A stretch of DNA of 64,000 nucleotides from Alphaproteobacteria bacterium (GTDB lineage: Bacteria; Pseudomonadota; Alphaproteobacteria; Bin95): NCBI GenBank assembly GCA_963665325.3, contig CAXXWS020000002.1, positions 192,001 to 256,000 of the forward strand, in the 5' to 3' direction. Shown piece by piece: positions 12,466 to 21,439 of the stretch. The notes under the pieces are model-generated. The model worked only from the letters and a program-made list of their open reading frames with translations. It was not told the origin of the DNA and did no database searches. How positions within the stretch are numbered: position 1 is the first letter of the stretch; each line of letters opens with the position of its first letter. Position numbers and translations under genes: made by a program.

Positions 12466-13748
12466 CGGACCCGCCCGACACGATCTTCGCCGAGGCGACG
12501 GCGCCCGGCCGGGCCGGCATCTCGGTGCTGCGCCTGTCGGGGCCGGAAGCGGGGCCGGCGCTCGCGGCGCTGACGGGGCCGCTGCCGGAGCCGCGCCGAG
12601 CGGTGCTGCGCGCCGTCTGCGACCCGGAAAGCGGCGAGCTTCTGGACAGGGGCCTAGTGGCCTGGTTCCCCGGTCCGGCGAGCTTCACCGGCGAGGACGC
12701 GGCCGAACTGCACCTTCACGGCGCGCCGGTCGTGATGGACGCGGTGCAGACCGCCCTTATGCGCATGGACGGCCTGCGCCCGGCCGAGCCCGGCGAGTTC
12801 ACCCGCCGCGCCTTCGATGCCGGGCGCATGGATCTGACGGCGGTGGAGGGCCTCGCCGAGTTGATCGACGCCGAGACCGAGGGCCAGCGTCGGCAGGCGC
12901 TCCATGCGCTCGGCGGCGGGCTCGCGCGGCGATTCGACGGTTGGCGGGAGCGGCTGGTGCAGGCACTCGCCCATATCGAGGCCGCCATCGACTTCAGCGA
13001 CGAGGAATTGCCGGAGGGGCTGGAGGCCGGGGTCTCGCGCACGGTGTCGGAGGCGCGAGCGGAAATGGTGGAGGCGCTGGCCTCTGGCGCGCGCGGCGAG
13101 GTCGTCCGCGACGGGTTCCGGGTGGCCCTGGTCGGCGCGCCCAACGCCGGCAAGTCGAGCTTGCTCAACGCGCTCGCGGCGCGCGAGGTCGCCATCGTCT
13201 CGCCCGGCGCCGGCACCACGCGCGATGTGCTGGAGGCGCGGCTTTCCATGGAAGGCTATCTCGTGCGGCTGATCGACATGGCCGGGCTGCACGAAAGCGA
13301 CGACCCGGTCGAGCGCGAGGGCATGCGCCGGGCGCGCGACGAGGCGGCATCGGCCGACCTCCGCCTGCTTCTGACCGCCCCCGACGCACCGCCCCCGCCG
13401 GAGATGGCCGGCCTCGCCGTCCGCACCAAGTCCGACCTTGGCGCCGCTCCCGGCTCCGGCCTCGCGGTCTCGGCGACAACGGGAGAGGGGCTGGAGGCGC
13501 TGCGGAGCGCCATCGTGGAGGCCATGCGCGCACGCGTCGCCGGGCCGCCGGGCGCACTCCGCGCCCGCCATGTGCAGGCCCTCGGCGACGCCGTGGAGGC
13601 GCTCGACCGCTTCGCCGCTGCGCCCCAGATCGACCTCGCCGCCGAAGACCTCCGCCTCGCCGTCCGCGCGCTTGGCCGCGTCACCGGCCGCGTCGATGTC
13701 GAAGACCTGCTGGATGCGATCTTCAGGGAGTTCTGCATCGGGAAATAG
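12462..13748 (+). CDS. mnmE: tRNA modification GTPase MnmE (start codon uncertain, probably CTG)
   Basis: [37 protein letters not shown]-terminal FCIGK. Confidence 0.93.
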   Translation: MTDPPDTIFAEATAPGRAGISVLRLSGPEAGPALAALTGPLPEPRRAVLRAVCDPESGELLDRGLVAWFPGPASFTGEDAAELHLHGAPVVMDAVQTALMRMDGLRPAEPGEFTRRAFDAGRMDLTAVEGLAELIDAETEGQRRQALHALGGGLARRFDGWRERLVQALAHIEAAIDFSDEELPEGLEAGVSRTVSEARAEMVEALASGARGEVVRDGFRVALVGAPNAGKSSLLNALAAREVAIVSPGAGTTRDVLEARLSMEGYLVRLIDMAGLHESDDPVEREGMRRARDEAASADLRLLLTAPDAPPPPEMAGLAVRTKSDLGAAPGSGLAVSATTGEGLEALRSAIVEAMRARVAGPPGALRARHVQALGDAVEALDRFAAAPQIDLAAEDLRLAVRALGRVTGRVDVEDLLDAIFREFCIGK

Positions 13749-13843
13749 GCGATACCGGAATTGGCGGGGGTCGTCCGGACACGGGGCTATGCCCTCTGAA
13801 CTGAGGGGCGCCGCGCCTTGGGAGAGGGAACGGTGCGTCCGCC

Positions 13844-14167
13844 TCAGCGCTTCAGCTTGAAGAACGGCGCCGCTTCGAGAATGCGGTTCTCCTGGCTGAG
13901 CAGATAGCCCGCCTCGCCGGAGCGGGCGAGGTAGGTCTTCCAGTCCGGGTCGGCCTGCATGGCGGCGCGCTTCCTGGCCCGGTCGCCCGCGTCCTCATAG
14001 GCCCAGACGTGGATGTAGGTGTTGATCGGTCCCGTTTCGGTAATGCCGTAGAGCACCGGCTCTCCGAGATGGCGGGTCTGCACGGCATATCCGTGCTCCT
14101 CGTAGAGGGCCATCGCCTTGGGCACCGTGCCGGGGCGGCAGGTATAGATGCGGTGGTCGAAGATCAT
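13844..14167 (-). CDS. NIPSNAP family protein
   Basis: 107 aa; R.Y...PG, ETG.IN...HVWAY....DR...RA....DP.W. Confidence 0.88.
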   Translation of the reverse strand: MIFDHRIYTCRPGTVPKAMALYEEHGYAVQTRHLGEPVLYGITETGPINTYIHVWAYEDAGDRARKRAAMQADPDWKTYLARSGEAGYLLSQENRILEAAPFFKLKR

Positions 14168-14247
14168 GGGAGTTGTTCCTTCCTCGCGAATCGGTTGCGA
14201 GACGCTATGATGAGCGCGCCTACCGCCGCAAGGGGAGCCCTCCCGCA

Positions 14248-15036
14248 ATGAGCGAAGAAACCGCCGTTGGCGCCGCCGAACTCCGTACGCTCGCCGTCAA
14301 GCTGCAGGACCTGCTGAAGATCCGCACCCTGCCGATCGGCATGAAACAGTATGAAAGCCTTGAGGAAATGGAGGCGGTGCCGGGCCTGCGCCGCCCGAAG
14401 CCCGGGCGCTTCCATACAACCTGCCAGCTGGTGACACAGAGCCGCATCGCCGGCTTCACGCTCGGCATTACGGCCGAGAATGTGCGCCCGCAGTCCAATT
14501 GCGGCGGCGTCATGGGCATCGACCTGCCGGACGAGGGCACGCTTTCGGGCGAGCATATGGACGGCGTGTGGTTCGCGGATCGCGAGGCGGCGCGCGAGCA
14601 CCAGGCGCACATGCCGCGCCAGACCTTCGGCAAGTATATCGGGACGGTGGTCTCGCCGCTGCGCTCCGGCCGCCTCGATCCGCCGGATATCGTGCTGTTC
14701 TATGGCACGCCCGGCCAGATCATCCTGTTTGTCAACGGCCTGCAATGGAAGCGGTACCGGCGTTACGACATGTCGATCACCGGCGAGAGCGCCTGTGCCG
14801 ACAGCTGGGGCAAGGCGTTGCTGACGGGCGACACCTCGATCTCGATTCCCTGCTATGCGGAGCGCCGCTATGGCGGCGTGGCCGACGACGAGATGTTGAT
14901 CGCCATGCCGCCGGAAGAGTTCGTGCGCGGCGTCGAGGGCATGGAGAAGCTCTCGCGCGTCGGGCTGCGCTATCCGATCCCGCCCTATGGCGCGCATATG
15001 GACCCCTCGGAAGGCATGTCCGCCAGCTATGGCTGA
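14248..15036 (+). CDS. DUF169 domain protein
   Basis: TCQ.V..SR, C..G.MG, PD.VLFYGTP.Q, GESACAD, SIPCYAERRYG..ADDE. Confidence 0.75.
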   Translation: MSEETAVGAAELRTLAVKLQDLLKIRTLPIGMKQYESLEEMEAVPGLRRPKPGRFHTTCQLVTQSRIAGFTLGITAENVRPQSNCGGVMGIDLPDEGTLSGEHMDGVWFADREAAREHQAHMPRQTFGKYIGTVVSPLRSGRLDPPDIVLFYGTPGQIILFVNGLQWKRYRRYDMSITGESACADSWGKALLTGDTSISIPCYAERRYGGVADDEMLIAMPPEEFVRGVEGMEKLSRVGLRYPIPPYGAHMDPSEGMSASYG

Positions 15037-16036
15037 GGGCGCGCGGCCGGATACGGTCCGCCTGCAACGCCTTGCCCGCGCCTATCGGGAAAGCGGGGCG
15101 CTGCTCGCTGCGGTCGAGCTCGGCCTTTTCACCGAGATCGCGCGCGGTGCCGACACGGAGGAGAAACTCGCCGCCGCGCTCGGCCTAGAACCGCCCAATG
15201 GCGAGCGGATCATTGTCGCCTGCCTCGGCCTCGGCCTGATCCGCCGCGAGGGCGACAAATTGGTCAATGCGTCGGATGTCGAGCGCTTCCTGGTGGCGGA
15301 CTCGCGCCACTACGCCGCGCCCTGGATGTTCTTCACCAAGCCGGACTGGAACGAGTGGGGCAGCCTGGCGGAGCATCTGCGCCGGCCCGGCCCGCCGCTG
15401 GAAGAGAACGCTTCCGTCTCAGGGATCACGGTCGAGGAAGCGCGCCGATACCATGAGGCGACGCGGGCGGTCGGCGCGGGAGCGGGGCGGCTGTTCGCGC
15501 GAACGACTGACCTTTCCGGCAAGACCCGGATGATGGACATCGGCGGAGGCTCGGGGGCGTATTGCGTCGCGGCCTGCCAGGCGAACCCGGAGTTGCGGGC
15601 GGCGGTGCTCGACCTGCCGGTCGTTTGCGAGGTCGCACGCGGCTATATCGACGAAGCCGGGCTTTCGGACCGCATCGAGGCCGTGCCCTGCGACTTCAAC
15701 CAGGACGACTTCCCGACCGATTGCGACCTCGCCGTCATGGCATCGAACCTGCCCATGTACGGTCGCTGGCAGATCGCATGGGTGGTGAAGAAGACGCACG
15801 ACGCGCTGCTGCCGGGCGGCGTCTTCCACCTGATCGGCGAGGCGCTGGCGCCGGACAGGTCGGGGCCGGCGGACCCGGCGCTCTGGGGCCTCGCGCAGAC
15901 GCTTCACGCCTCTACCGGCCTCGCCCATTCGAGCGACGAGGTCGCCGGCTATTTCGAGGCGGCGGGTTTCCTCGACATCGCAGTGGAGGATTTCCTGCCC
16001 GGCATCCTGGTCCGCGTCTCGGGCCGCAAGGGCTGA
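15029..16036 (+). CDS. SAM-dependent O-methyltransferase (dimerisation + Methyltransf_2 type)
   Basis: N-terminal AAVELGLF, DIGGGSGAY, LDLPVV, CDF, LLPGG. Confidence 0.88.
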   Translation: MAEGARPDTVRLQRLARAYRESGALLAAVELGLFTEIARGADTEEKLAAALGLEPPNGERIIVACLGLGLIRREGDKLVNASDVERFLVADSRHYAAPWMFFTKPDWNEWGSLAEHLRRPGPPLEENASVSGITVEEARRYHEATRAVGAGAGRLFARTTDLSGKTRMMDIGGGSGAYCVAACQANPELRAAVLDLPVVCEVARGYIDEAGLSDRIEAVPCDFNQDDFPTDCDLAVMASNLPMYGRWQIAWVVKKTHDALLPGGVFHLIGEALAPDRSGPADPALWGLAQTLHASTGLAHSSDEVAGYFEAAGFLDIAVEDFLPGILVRVSGRKG

Positions 16037-16039
16037 CGT

Positions 16040-17203
16040 TCAGCGCCGGGCGTATTGTACCGCGGCGCGCCCCACGGTCTCGCGCGCGACCACCATCTTG
16101 GAGATCTGGGCGGTGCCGTCGCCGATCTCCAGCCCCATCACATCGCGCAGGCGCTGCTGGTGGGGCAGGTCCCGGCTGTAGCCGAGATGGCCGTGGGTGA
16201 GCAGGCACTGATGGATCGTGTCCACCGAGAGCTTCGGCGCCCACCATTTGCACATCGCCGCTTCCTTGGTGTGCGCCATCCCCTGGTCGCGCAGCCAGAG
16301 GGTGCGGTAGCAGAGCAGACGGCAGCCCTCGACCTGGGTGTCGTATTCGGCGAGCGGGAAGGTGACGCCCTGGAACTCGGCGATCGGCCGCCCGAAGGCC
16401 TCCCGCTCCAGCGTGTAGGGCCAGGTCTCGTCCAGCGAGGCGCGGGCAGCGCCCAGAGCCTGCAGGCCGATCAGCGTGCGCGAATAGTCGAAGCCCTGCA
16501 TGGTCTGGGTGAAGCCGGCGCCCTCGGGGCCCACACGGTTGCAGTCCGGCACGCGCACGCCGTCGAACCAGATCGAGCCGCGCCCGACCGCGAGCGAGCC
16601 CAGATCGTCATAGGCCGAACGGGAAACTCCAGGCGCGTCGAGGTCGATCAGGAAGGCGGTCACGCCGCGCGCGCCGGGCCGGTCCGGATCGGTGCGCGCC
16701 ATGGTGAGCACGCTGTCGGCATGGGCAGCCATGGAGATCGAGGCCTTCTCGCCGTCGATCACCCAGTCATCCCCGTCGCGCCGGGCGCGCACCTGCAGGT
16801 TGGCGGCATCGGAACCGCCGCGCGGCTCGGTCAGGCCGAGCGCAATCGTCTCGCGTCCCTCCGCGATTGCCGGCAGCCGCGCCGCGGCCAGCGCCTCGTC
16901 GCCGTGGCGGGCGAGGATATCGGCGCTGAGCGAGGAGAGCAGCGGCACATAGCTCACATTGAGGTCGCCATAGGCGATCTCCTCGATCAGCAGGCCCGCG
17001 GTCACGCCGTCGATGCCCATGCCCCCATAGCGTTCCGGCAGCGAGGGCGCGACAAGGCCGAGGCGGCCCATCTCGCGGATGAGCTCGGCTCCCATCGCGG
17101 CATCGTCCTCGCGCTTGCGGTAGCCGGGCAGCAGCACTTCACGGGAGAAGCGCCCGGCGGCTTCCTTGAGGGCGGTCTGGTCTTCGGTCAGTCCGAACTG
17201 CAT
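16040..17203 (-). CDS. acyl-CoA dehydrogenase (cyclohexanecarboxyl-CoA dehydrogenase-like)
   Basis: LGLTEPRGGSDAA, GEKASIS, REAFGRPI..FQG, RDVMGLEIGDGTAQI. Confidence 0.9.
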   Translation of the reverse strand: MQFGLTEDQTALKEAAGRFSREVLLPGYRKREDDAAMGAELIREMGRLGLVAPSLPERYGGMGIDGVTAGLLIEEIAYGDLNVSYVPLLSSLSADILARHGDEALAAARLPAIAEGRETIALGLTEPRGGSDAANLQVRARRDGDDWVIDGEKASISMAAHADSVLTMARTDPDRPGARGVTAFLIDLDAPGVSRSAYDDLGSLAVGRGSIWFDGVRVPDCNRVGPEGAGFTQTMQGFDYSRTLIGLQALGAARASLDETWPYTLEREAFGRPIAEFQGVTFPLAEYDTQVEGCRLLCYRTLWLRDQGMAHTKEAAMCKWWAPKLSVDTIHQCLLTHGHLGYSRDLPHQQRLRDVMGLEIGDGTAQISKMVVARETVGRAAVQYARR

Positions 17204-18099
17204 GGCGCTTTTCGCTCCCGGTGCCGGATATAGAGGCCGCTGGCTATGATGATGGCCGCCGCCGCCAGGGTCCAGCCGTCCGGGAAGAAGCCGAACACTG
17301 CGAGCCCGAGGGCGACCGACCAGACGAATTCGATATACATGAAGGGCGCGACCAGCCCGGCCGGCGCGGTCTCGTAGGCGCGGATGAGGACATATTGGCC
17401 GACGGCCCCGAAGAGGGCGGGCAGGGCGAGGAGGCCCCAGCCGGCCAGGTCCGGTGTCCGCCAGAAGAAGGGCACGACCGCCGAAGTCGCCACAGCGCCG
17501 GCAAGCGCGGCATAGAAGAGCGCGGTCGGCGCGGGCGCGGCATGGCGCAGCGCGCGCGTCGCAACCTGGTAGAGCGCGTAGAACAGCGCCATTCCGAGCG
17601 CCAGAAGAACGCCGGCATTGGCGGTCAGTCCGTCCGGCCCGGCGGCCATGGCTACGGCGCCGAATCCGACGAGCGCGGCCGCCCAGCGCCTCGCGCCCAC
17701 GCGCTCGCCGAGCCACAGCACCGCGAGCGCCATGGTGAACAGCGGTGCGACGAAGGTGATGACGGTCATCTCCGGCAGCGCCAGAAGCTCCAGCGCGGCG
17801 AAGGAGAAGGCCGTCGAGGCGACGAGGAAGGCGCCGCGCAGCACCTGCAGGGCCGGGCGCTCGGTGCGGATGAGCGCGCCGAGCCGGTGCGGCATCAGCA
17901 GGGCCAGGGCCGCCAGATGCAGGGTGAAGCGCGCCCAGACGACCTGCACCGCCGGGTAGCCCGCCTCCGTGCCCGCCTTGGAGGCGGCCTGCATGCAAAC
18001 GAAACAGGCCCCGGCCAGCACCGCAAAGCCGATGCCGCGCAATGCCGGTGAGGGCGGGGCCGGCGAGGGCGGGGCGGGGGAGGGCGCGGCCGGCGTCAC
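17188..18099 (-). CDS. DMT/EamA family transporter
   Basis: About 10 hydrophobic segments, LGERVG.RRW, APF.Y motif. Probable GTG start at 18099 with a Pro-rich N-terminus. Confidence 0.85.
   Translation of the reverse strand: MTPAAPSPAPPSPAPPSPALRGIGFAVLAGACFVCMQAASKAGTEAGYPAVQVVWARFTLHLAALALLMPHRLGALIRTERPALQVLRGAFLVASTAFSFAALELLALPEMTVITFVAPLFTMALAVLWLGERVGARRWAAALVGFGAVAMAAGPDGLTANAGVLLALGMALFYALYQVATRALRHAAPAPTALFYAALAGAVATSAVVPFFWRTPDLAGWGLLALPALFGAVGQYVLIRAYETAPAGLVAPFMYIEFVWSVALGLAVFGFFPDGWTLAAAAIIIASGLYIRHRERKAPCSSD
18050..18094. repeat. 15-bp imperfect tandem repeat x3 encoding a Pro-rich PSPAP-type stretch
   Basis: GAGGGCGGGGCCGGC / GAGGGCGGGGCGGGG / GAGGGCGCGGCCGGC. Confidence 0.8.
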
Positions 18100-18115
18100 G
18101 GCGGGGCGGGGCGCA

Positions 18116-19225
18116 TCACGCGGCTCCGGCCAGGCGGGCGACCTCGTCGGCGATGGCGGGCGACGCTGTGAGGCCGGGCGACTCGATGCCGAACAGGTTG
18201 ACGAGGCCCGGAACCCCGTGCGTCTCCGGCCCTTGCAGCAGGAAGTCCGGCTGCGGCTCGCCGGGGCCGTGGATCTTCGGGCGGATGCCGGCATAGGCCG
18301 GTTGCAGCGCGCCGTCCGCAAGCGCCGGATAGTAGCGCCGGACGGCGTCGTAGAAGCGCTCGGCGCGGGCCGGGTCCACGTCGTATTCAGGCGTCTCCAG
18401 CCATTCGAGATCGGGGCCGAACTTGCACTGGCCCGCCAGATCCAGCGTGACGTGCACCCCCAGCACGGAGGCCTCCGGCATGGGATAGACGAGGCGGTGG
18501 AAGGGCTGGCGGCCGGCGACGGAGAAATAGTTGCCCTTGGCGAACCGGGCCTGCGGAATATGCCGCGCGTCGAGGCCGTCGATCCGGCGCGCGACTTCCG
18601 GTGCGGCCAGTCCGGCGCTGTTGACGACCAGCCCGGCGGCGAGCGTCATCGGCTCCGCGCCGCCGACTTCGAGCTCGATGCCGTCTTCCAGCGCGCGGCC
18701 GCTCGCGACCGGGGCGTGGAAGGCGATCATCGCGCCGGCCTCCTCCGCATCGCCCTGGAAGGCCAGCATCAGCGCATGGCTGTCGATGATCCCGGTGGAG
18801 GGCGAGAGCAGGCCCGCCTCCGCCTTCACCGCCGGCTCCAGCGCGCGCACCTCCGCGCCGGTCAGCAGTTCGAGGTCGGGCACGCCGTTGGCGGCCGCGC
18901 GCGCCTGCAACGCCTCCAGTTCCGGGACGCGGCTCTCGTCGGACGCCACGATCAGCTTGCCGATCCGCTTGTGCGGCAGCCCGCGTTCGCCGCAATAATC
19001 GTAGAGGAAATGCTTGCCCTCGACGCAGGCCCGCGCCTTGAAGCTGCCGGCCGGATAGTAGATGCCGGCATGGATGACCTCGCTGTTGCGCGAGCTGGTC
19101 TCCGTGCCGATGGCCTCGGCGGCTTCCAGGACCACCACCTCCATCCCGGCCATGGCGAGCCGCCTGGCGCAGGCAAGCCCGACGGCGCCCGCGCCGATGA
19201 CGACGCATTCCACCTTTTCCGCCAT
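18116..19225 (-). CDS. FAD-dependent oxidoreductase, L-2-hydroxyglutarate oxidase (LhgO)-like
   Basis: [43 protein letters not shown]. Confidence 0.9.
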   Translation of the reverse strand: MAEKVECVVIGAGAVGLACARRLAMAGMEVVVLEAAEAIGTETSSRNSEVIHAGIYYPAGSFKARACVEGKHFLYDYCGERGLPHKRIGKLIVASDESRVPELEALQARAAANGVPDLELLTGAEVRALEPAVKAEAGLLSPSTGIIDSHALMLAFQGDAEEAGAMIAFHAPVASGRALEDGIELEVGGAEPMTLAAGLVVNSAGLAAPEVARRIDGLDARHIPQARFAKGNYFSVAGRQPFHRLVYPMPEASVLGVHVTLDLAGQCKFGPDLEWLETPEYDVDPARAERFYDAVRRYYPALADGALQPAYAGIRPKIHGPGEPQPDFLLQGPETHGVPGLVNLFGIESPGLTASPAIADEVARLAGAA

Positions 19226-19343
19226 GCCCGCCGGCGCCTCCTGCTTCCCCGCGTCACGGATGCTCTATCGGTTCTAGTCTTGGCGGGCGAACGGCGAAAC
19301 GCCATATTCGCCGCAGTCCCCGCCAACCGGGAGTCCGGTTCCC

Positions 19344-20378
19344 ATGCGCATTCTTGCCGGCCTCGCCCTGCTCGTCCTCGCCGCGGCTCCGGCCTTTGCG
19401 TCGGATGCCCGTGTCGAGCACTTCCGCAATGCCTGGCCGAACACCGATTTCAGCCGCCATACCGTGCCGTTCGAGGAGATCGCCTCGGGCGGCGTCGCGC
19501 GCGACCAGATCCCGCCCATCGACGATCCCGTGTTCGTCTCCGTCGCCGAGGCGGAAAAACTGATCGCGCCGACCGAGCCGGTGATTTCGCTGACGGTGGA
19601 CGGCGAGCGGCGCGCCTATCCGCTGGCGGTGCTGATCTGGCACGAGATCGTGAACGACACGATTGCGGGCCGGCCCGTGGCGGTGACCTATTGCCCGCTC
19701 TGCGATGCGGCGCTGGTGTTCGACCGGCGGGTCGGCGGCCGGGTGCTGGACTTCGGCACGACGGGCCTCCTGCGCTTCTCCGACCTCGTGATGTGGGACC
19801 GGCAGACGGAAAGCTGGTGGCAGCAGTTCCTGGGCGAGGCGATGGTGGGAGAGCTGACCGGCGAGCGGCTCGCCATGCTGCCCTCGCGCGTCGAGAGCTT
19901 CGAGCGTTTCGCCGCTGGCGGGCCGGGCGGGGAGGTGCTGATGCCGAACGACCCGGCGTTCCGCAGCTACGGCTCGAACCCTTATGCCGGCTATGACGGC
20001 GCGCACTGGCCGTTCCTCTTCCGGGGCGAATACAAGCTGGTGGCGGTGCCGCCGCTGGCGCGCGTCGCCATGGTCGGCAAGCGGGCCTGGACAGTGGACC
20101 TGCTGAAGCAGGAGAAGCGGATCGAGGCGGGCGACCTGGTGCTGGAATGGGCGCCCGGCCAGAACTCCGCGCTCGACAAGGGCGTGATCCGCGAGGGCCG
20201 CGACATCGGCAATGTCACCGTGCAGCGCCGCGCCGCCGGCGGCGGGCTGGTGGATGCCGTCCACGACGTGACCTTCGCCTTCGCCTTCCTCGCCTTCGTG
20301 CCGGACGGCGTCATCCACACCGTCTGCGGCCCGCATGTGAAGCCGGAAACCCTGCCGGAGAACCTCGCCTGCGGGTAG
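19344..20378 (+). CDS. DUF3179 domain protein, secreted
   Basis: Signal peptide, SGG..RD.IP.ID.P, RAYP...L.WHEIVND, TYCPLC, FGTTG.L..SDLVMWDRQTESWWQQ. Confidence 0.85.
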   Translation: MRILAGLALLVLAAAPAFASDARVEHFRNAWPNTDFSRHTVPFEEIASGGVARDQIPPIDDPVFVSVAEAEKLIAPTEPVISLTVDGERRAYPLAVLIWHEIVNDTIAGRPVAVTYCPLCDAALVFDRRVGGRVLDFGTTGLLRFSDLVMWDRQTESWWQQFLGEAMVGELTGERLAMLPSRVESFERFAAGGPGGEVLMPNDPAFRSYGSNPYAGYDGAHWPFLFRGEYKLVAVPPLARVAMVGKRAWTVDLLKQEKRIEAGDLVLEWAPGQNSALDKGVIREGRDIGNVTVQRRAAGGGLVDAVHDVTFAFAFLAFVPDGVIHTVCGPHVKPETLPENLACG

Positions 20379-20416
20379 GACGGGGTGGCCGGCGGCCGGC
20401 TCATAGGTATTTTTAC

Positions 20417-20449
20417 TTGACGCCAGTCCCATATGTTCTATTTTTGTCT
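20417..20449 (+). promoter_or_regulatory. sigma70-like promoter with possible degenerate alphaproteobacterial LexA box
   Basis: TTGACG (20417-20422), 16 nt, TATTTT (20439-20444). GTTC-N7-GTCT (20435-20449) versus consensus GTTC-N7-GTTC. Confidence 0.4.
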
Positions 20450-20699
20450 CCGGAACGGGACACCGGAGCGGACGAGGCCATGACCTGAGCGACCGGCGGC
20501 GGCGGCATGGGCCGCCTCTCAGCCGCATTGAAACGAACCCGAAAGGCCGGCGGCCGCAGCGGTGCGGCAAGCGGGGAAGGTGCGTCCGCTGCGCGGATGG
20601 GGCGGCGGCGTGTGGCAGTCAACCCCGGCGAAAAACAGCCGTTTGCCGCAGTCAACCTCAGCGCAGGGTAGCGGCGGAGCCAGAAGAGGAGGAAAGGCG

Positions 20700-21128
20700 A
20701 TGACGAATGGATCGGCAAGCGGCCCGGCAGGGCAGTTGCCGGAGCGGCGGCGGGGCCAGACGGTGAGCGCGGATCTGCGGGGCCTGGCGCTGGCGGCCGT
20801 GCTGCGCGAGGGCCTGAACATGGCGGCGGCGGCCCGGCGTTTCGGGCTGGGCGAATCGACGGTCCGCCAGTGGGTGAAGCAGTTTCGCGAGCACGGCCAT
20901 GTGCGGCCCGGCAAGCCGGGCGGCAGCGTTGCGCGGCTGGGGCGGGTGCGGGAACGGATTCTCCGCATTCTGGCGGCGCAGCCGGAAATTTCCATGTACG
21001 GGCTGCGCAATGCGCTCGCCGCTGAGGGGGTGGCGGTTGACCCGACCACAGTCCAGCGCTTCCTGAAGCGCCACGGCCTGGATCGCGATACCCGCCTCGG
21101 CCGGCGGCGGGGACGGGGGCGGAAATAG
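20700..21128 (+). CDS. IS630-type transposase N-terminal HTH protein lacking the DDE domain
   Basis: SADLR...AAARRFGLGESTVRQWVKQFREHG..RP.K.GG and V..TTVQRFLKRHG match IS630 ORF-A. Strong SD GAGGAGG; no catalytic ORF follows. Confidence 0.7.
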   Translation: MTNGSASGPAGQLPERRRGQTVSADLRGLALAAVLREGLNMAAAARRFGLGESTVRQWVKQFREHGHVRPGKPGGSVARLGRVRERILRILAAQPEISMYGLRNALAAEGVAVDPTTVQRFLKRHGLDRDTRLGRRRGRGRK

Positions 21129-21172
21129 GCGCAGGGCGGGGCGCCGGCGAGTGGGGCAGGCCGGAATCCGCC

Positions 21173-21352
21173 TTACGTGCGGCCGGCTTCTTCGAGGGCG
21201 GCGAACATGTCTTCGGCCGAGCCAAAGCGCGCCCTGCCGGCCTTCACGATTTCATCAGCCTCGGCCATGGCGGCGCGGGTCTCGGCGTTGGGCACTTTCC
21301 GCTTCGGGCCGCTGCCGGTCCCGACATGTGGATTCGCACTTCGTTCTGACAT
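21173..21352 (-). CDS. 59-aa peptide resembling the C-terminal half of DinJ/RelB antitoxins
   Basis: VPNAETRAAMAEA......RFGSAEDMFAAL. AGGA upstream of ATG 21352. Confidence 0.6.
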   Translation of the reverse strand: MSERSANPHVGTGSGPKRKVPNAETRAAMAEADEIVKAGRARFGSAEDMFAALEEAGRT

Positions 21353-21439
21353 GGCGCTTCCTGTGTCTTTGATGAGAGACGGCAATGCCGCCCGCGACCG
21401 GAGGAGCGGGGCCTAACGGTCCGAGGACGGCCCCAATCC

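Noticed and set aside
20610-20660. GTCAACC motifs as the start of an IS200/IS605-type omega/HEARO RNA, or as a CRISPR-like repeat
   Set aside because: Only two 10-bp copies; no TnpB, IscB or cas gene nearby.
20700-21128. Complete IS630 element with programmed frameshift
   Set aside because: No slippery AAAAAA-type junction leading to a DDE ORF, and no terminal inverted repeats found.
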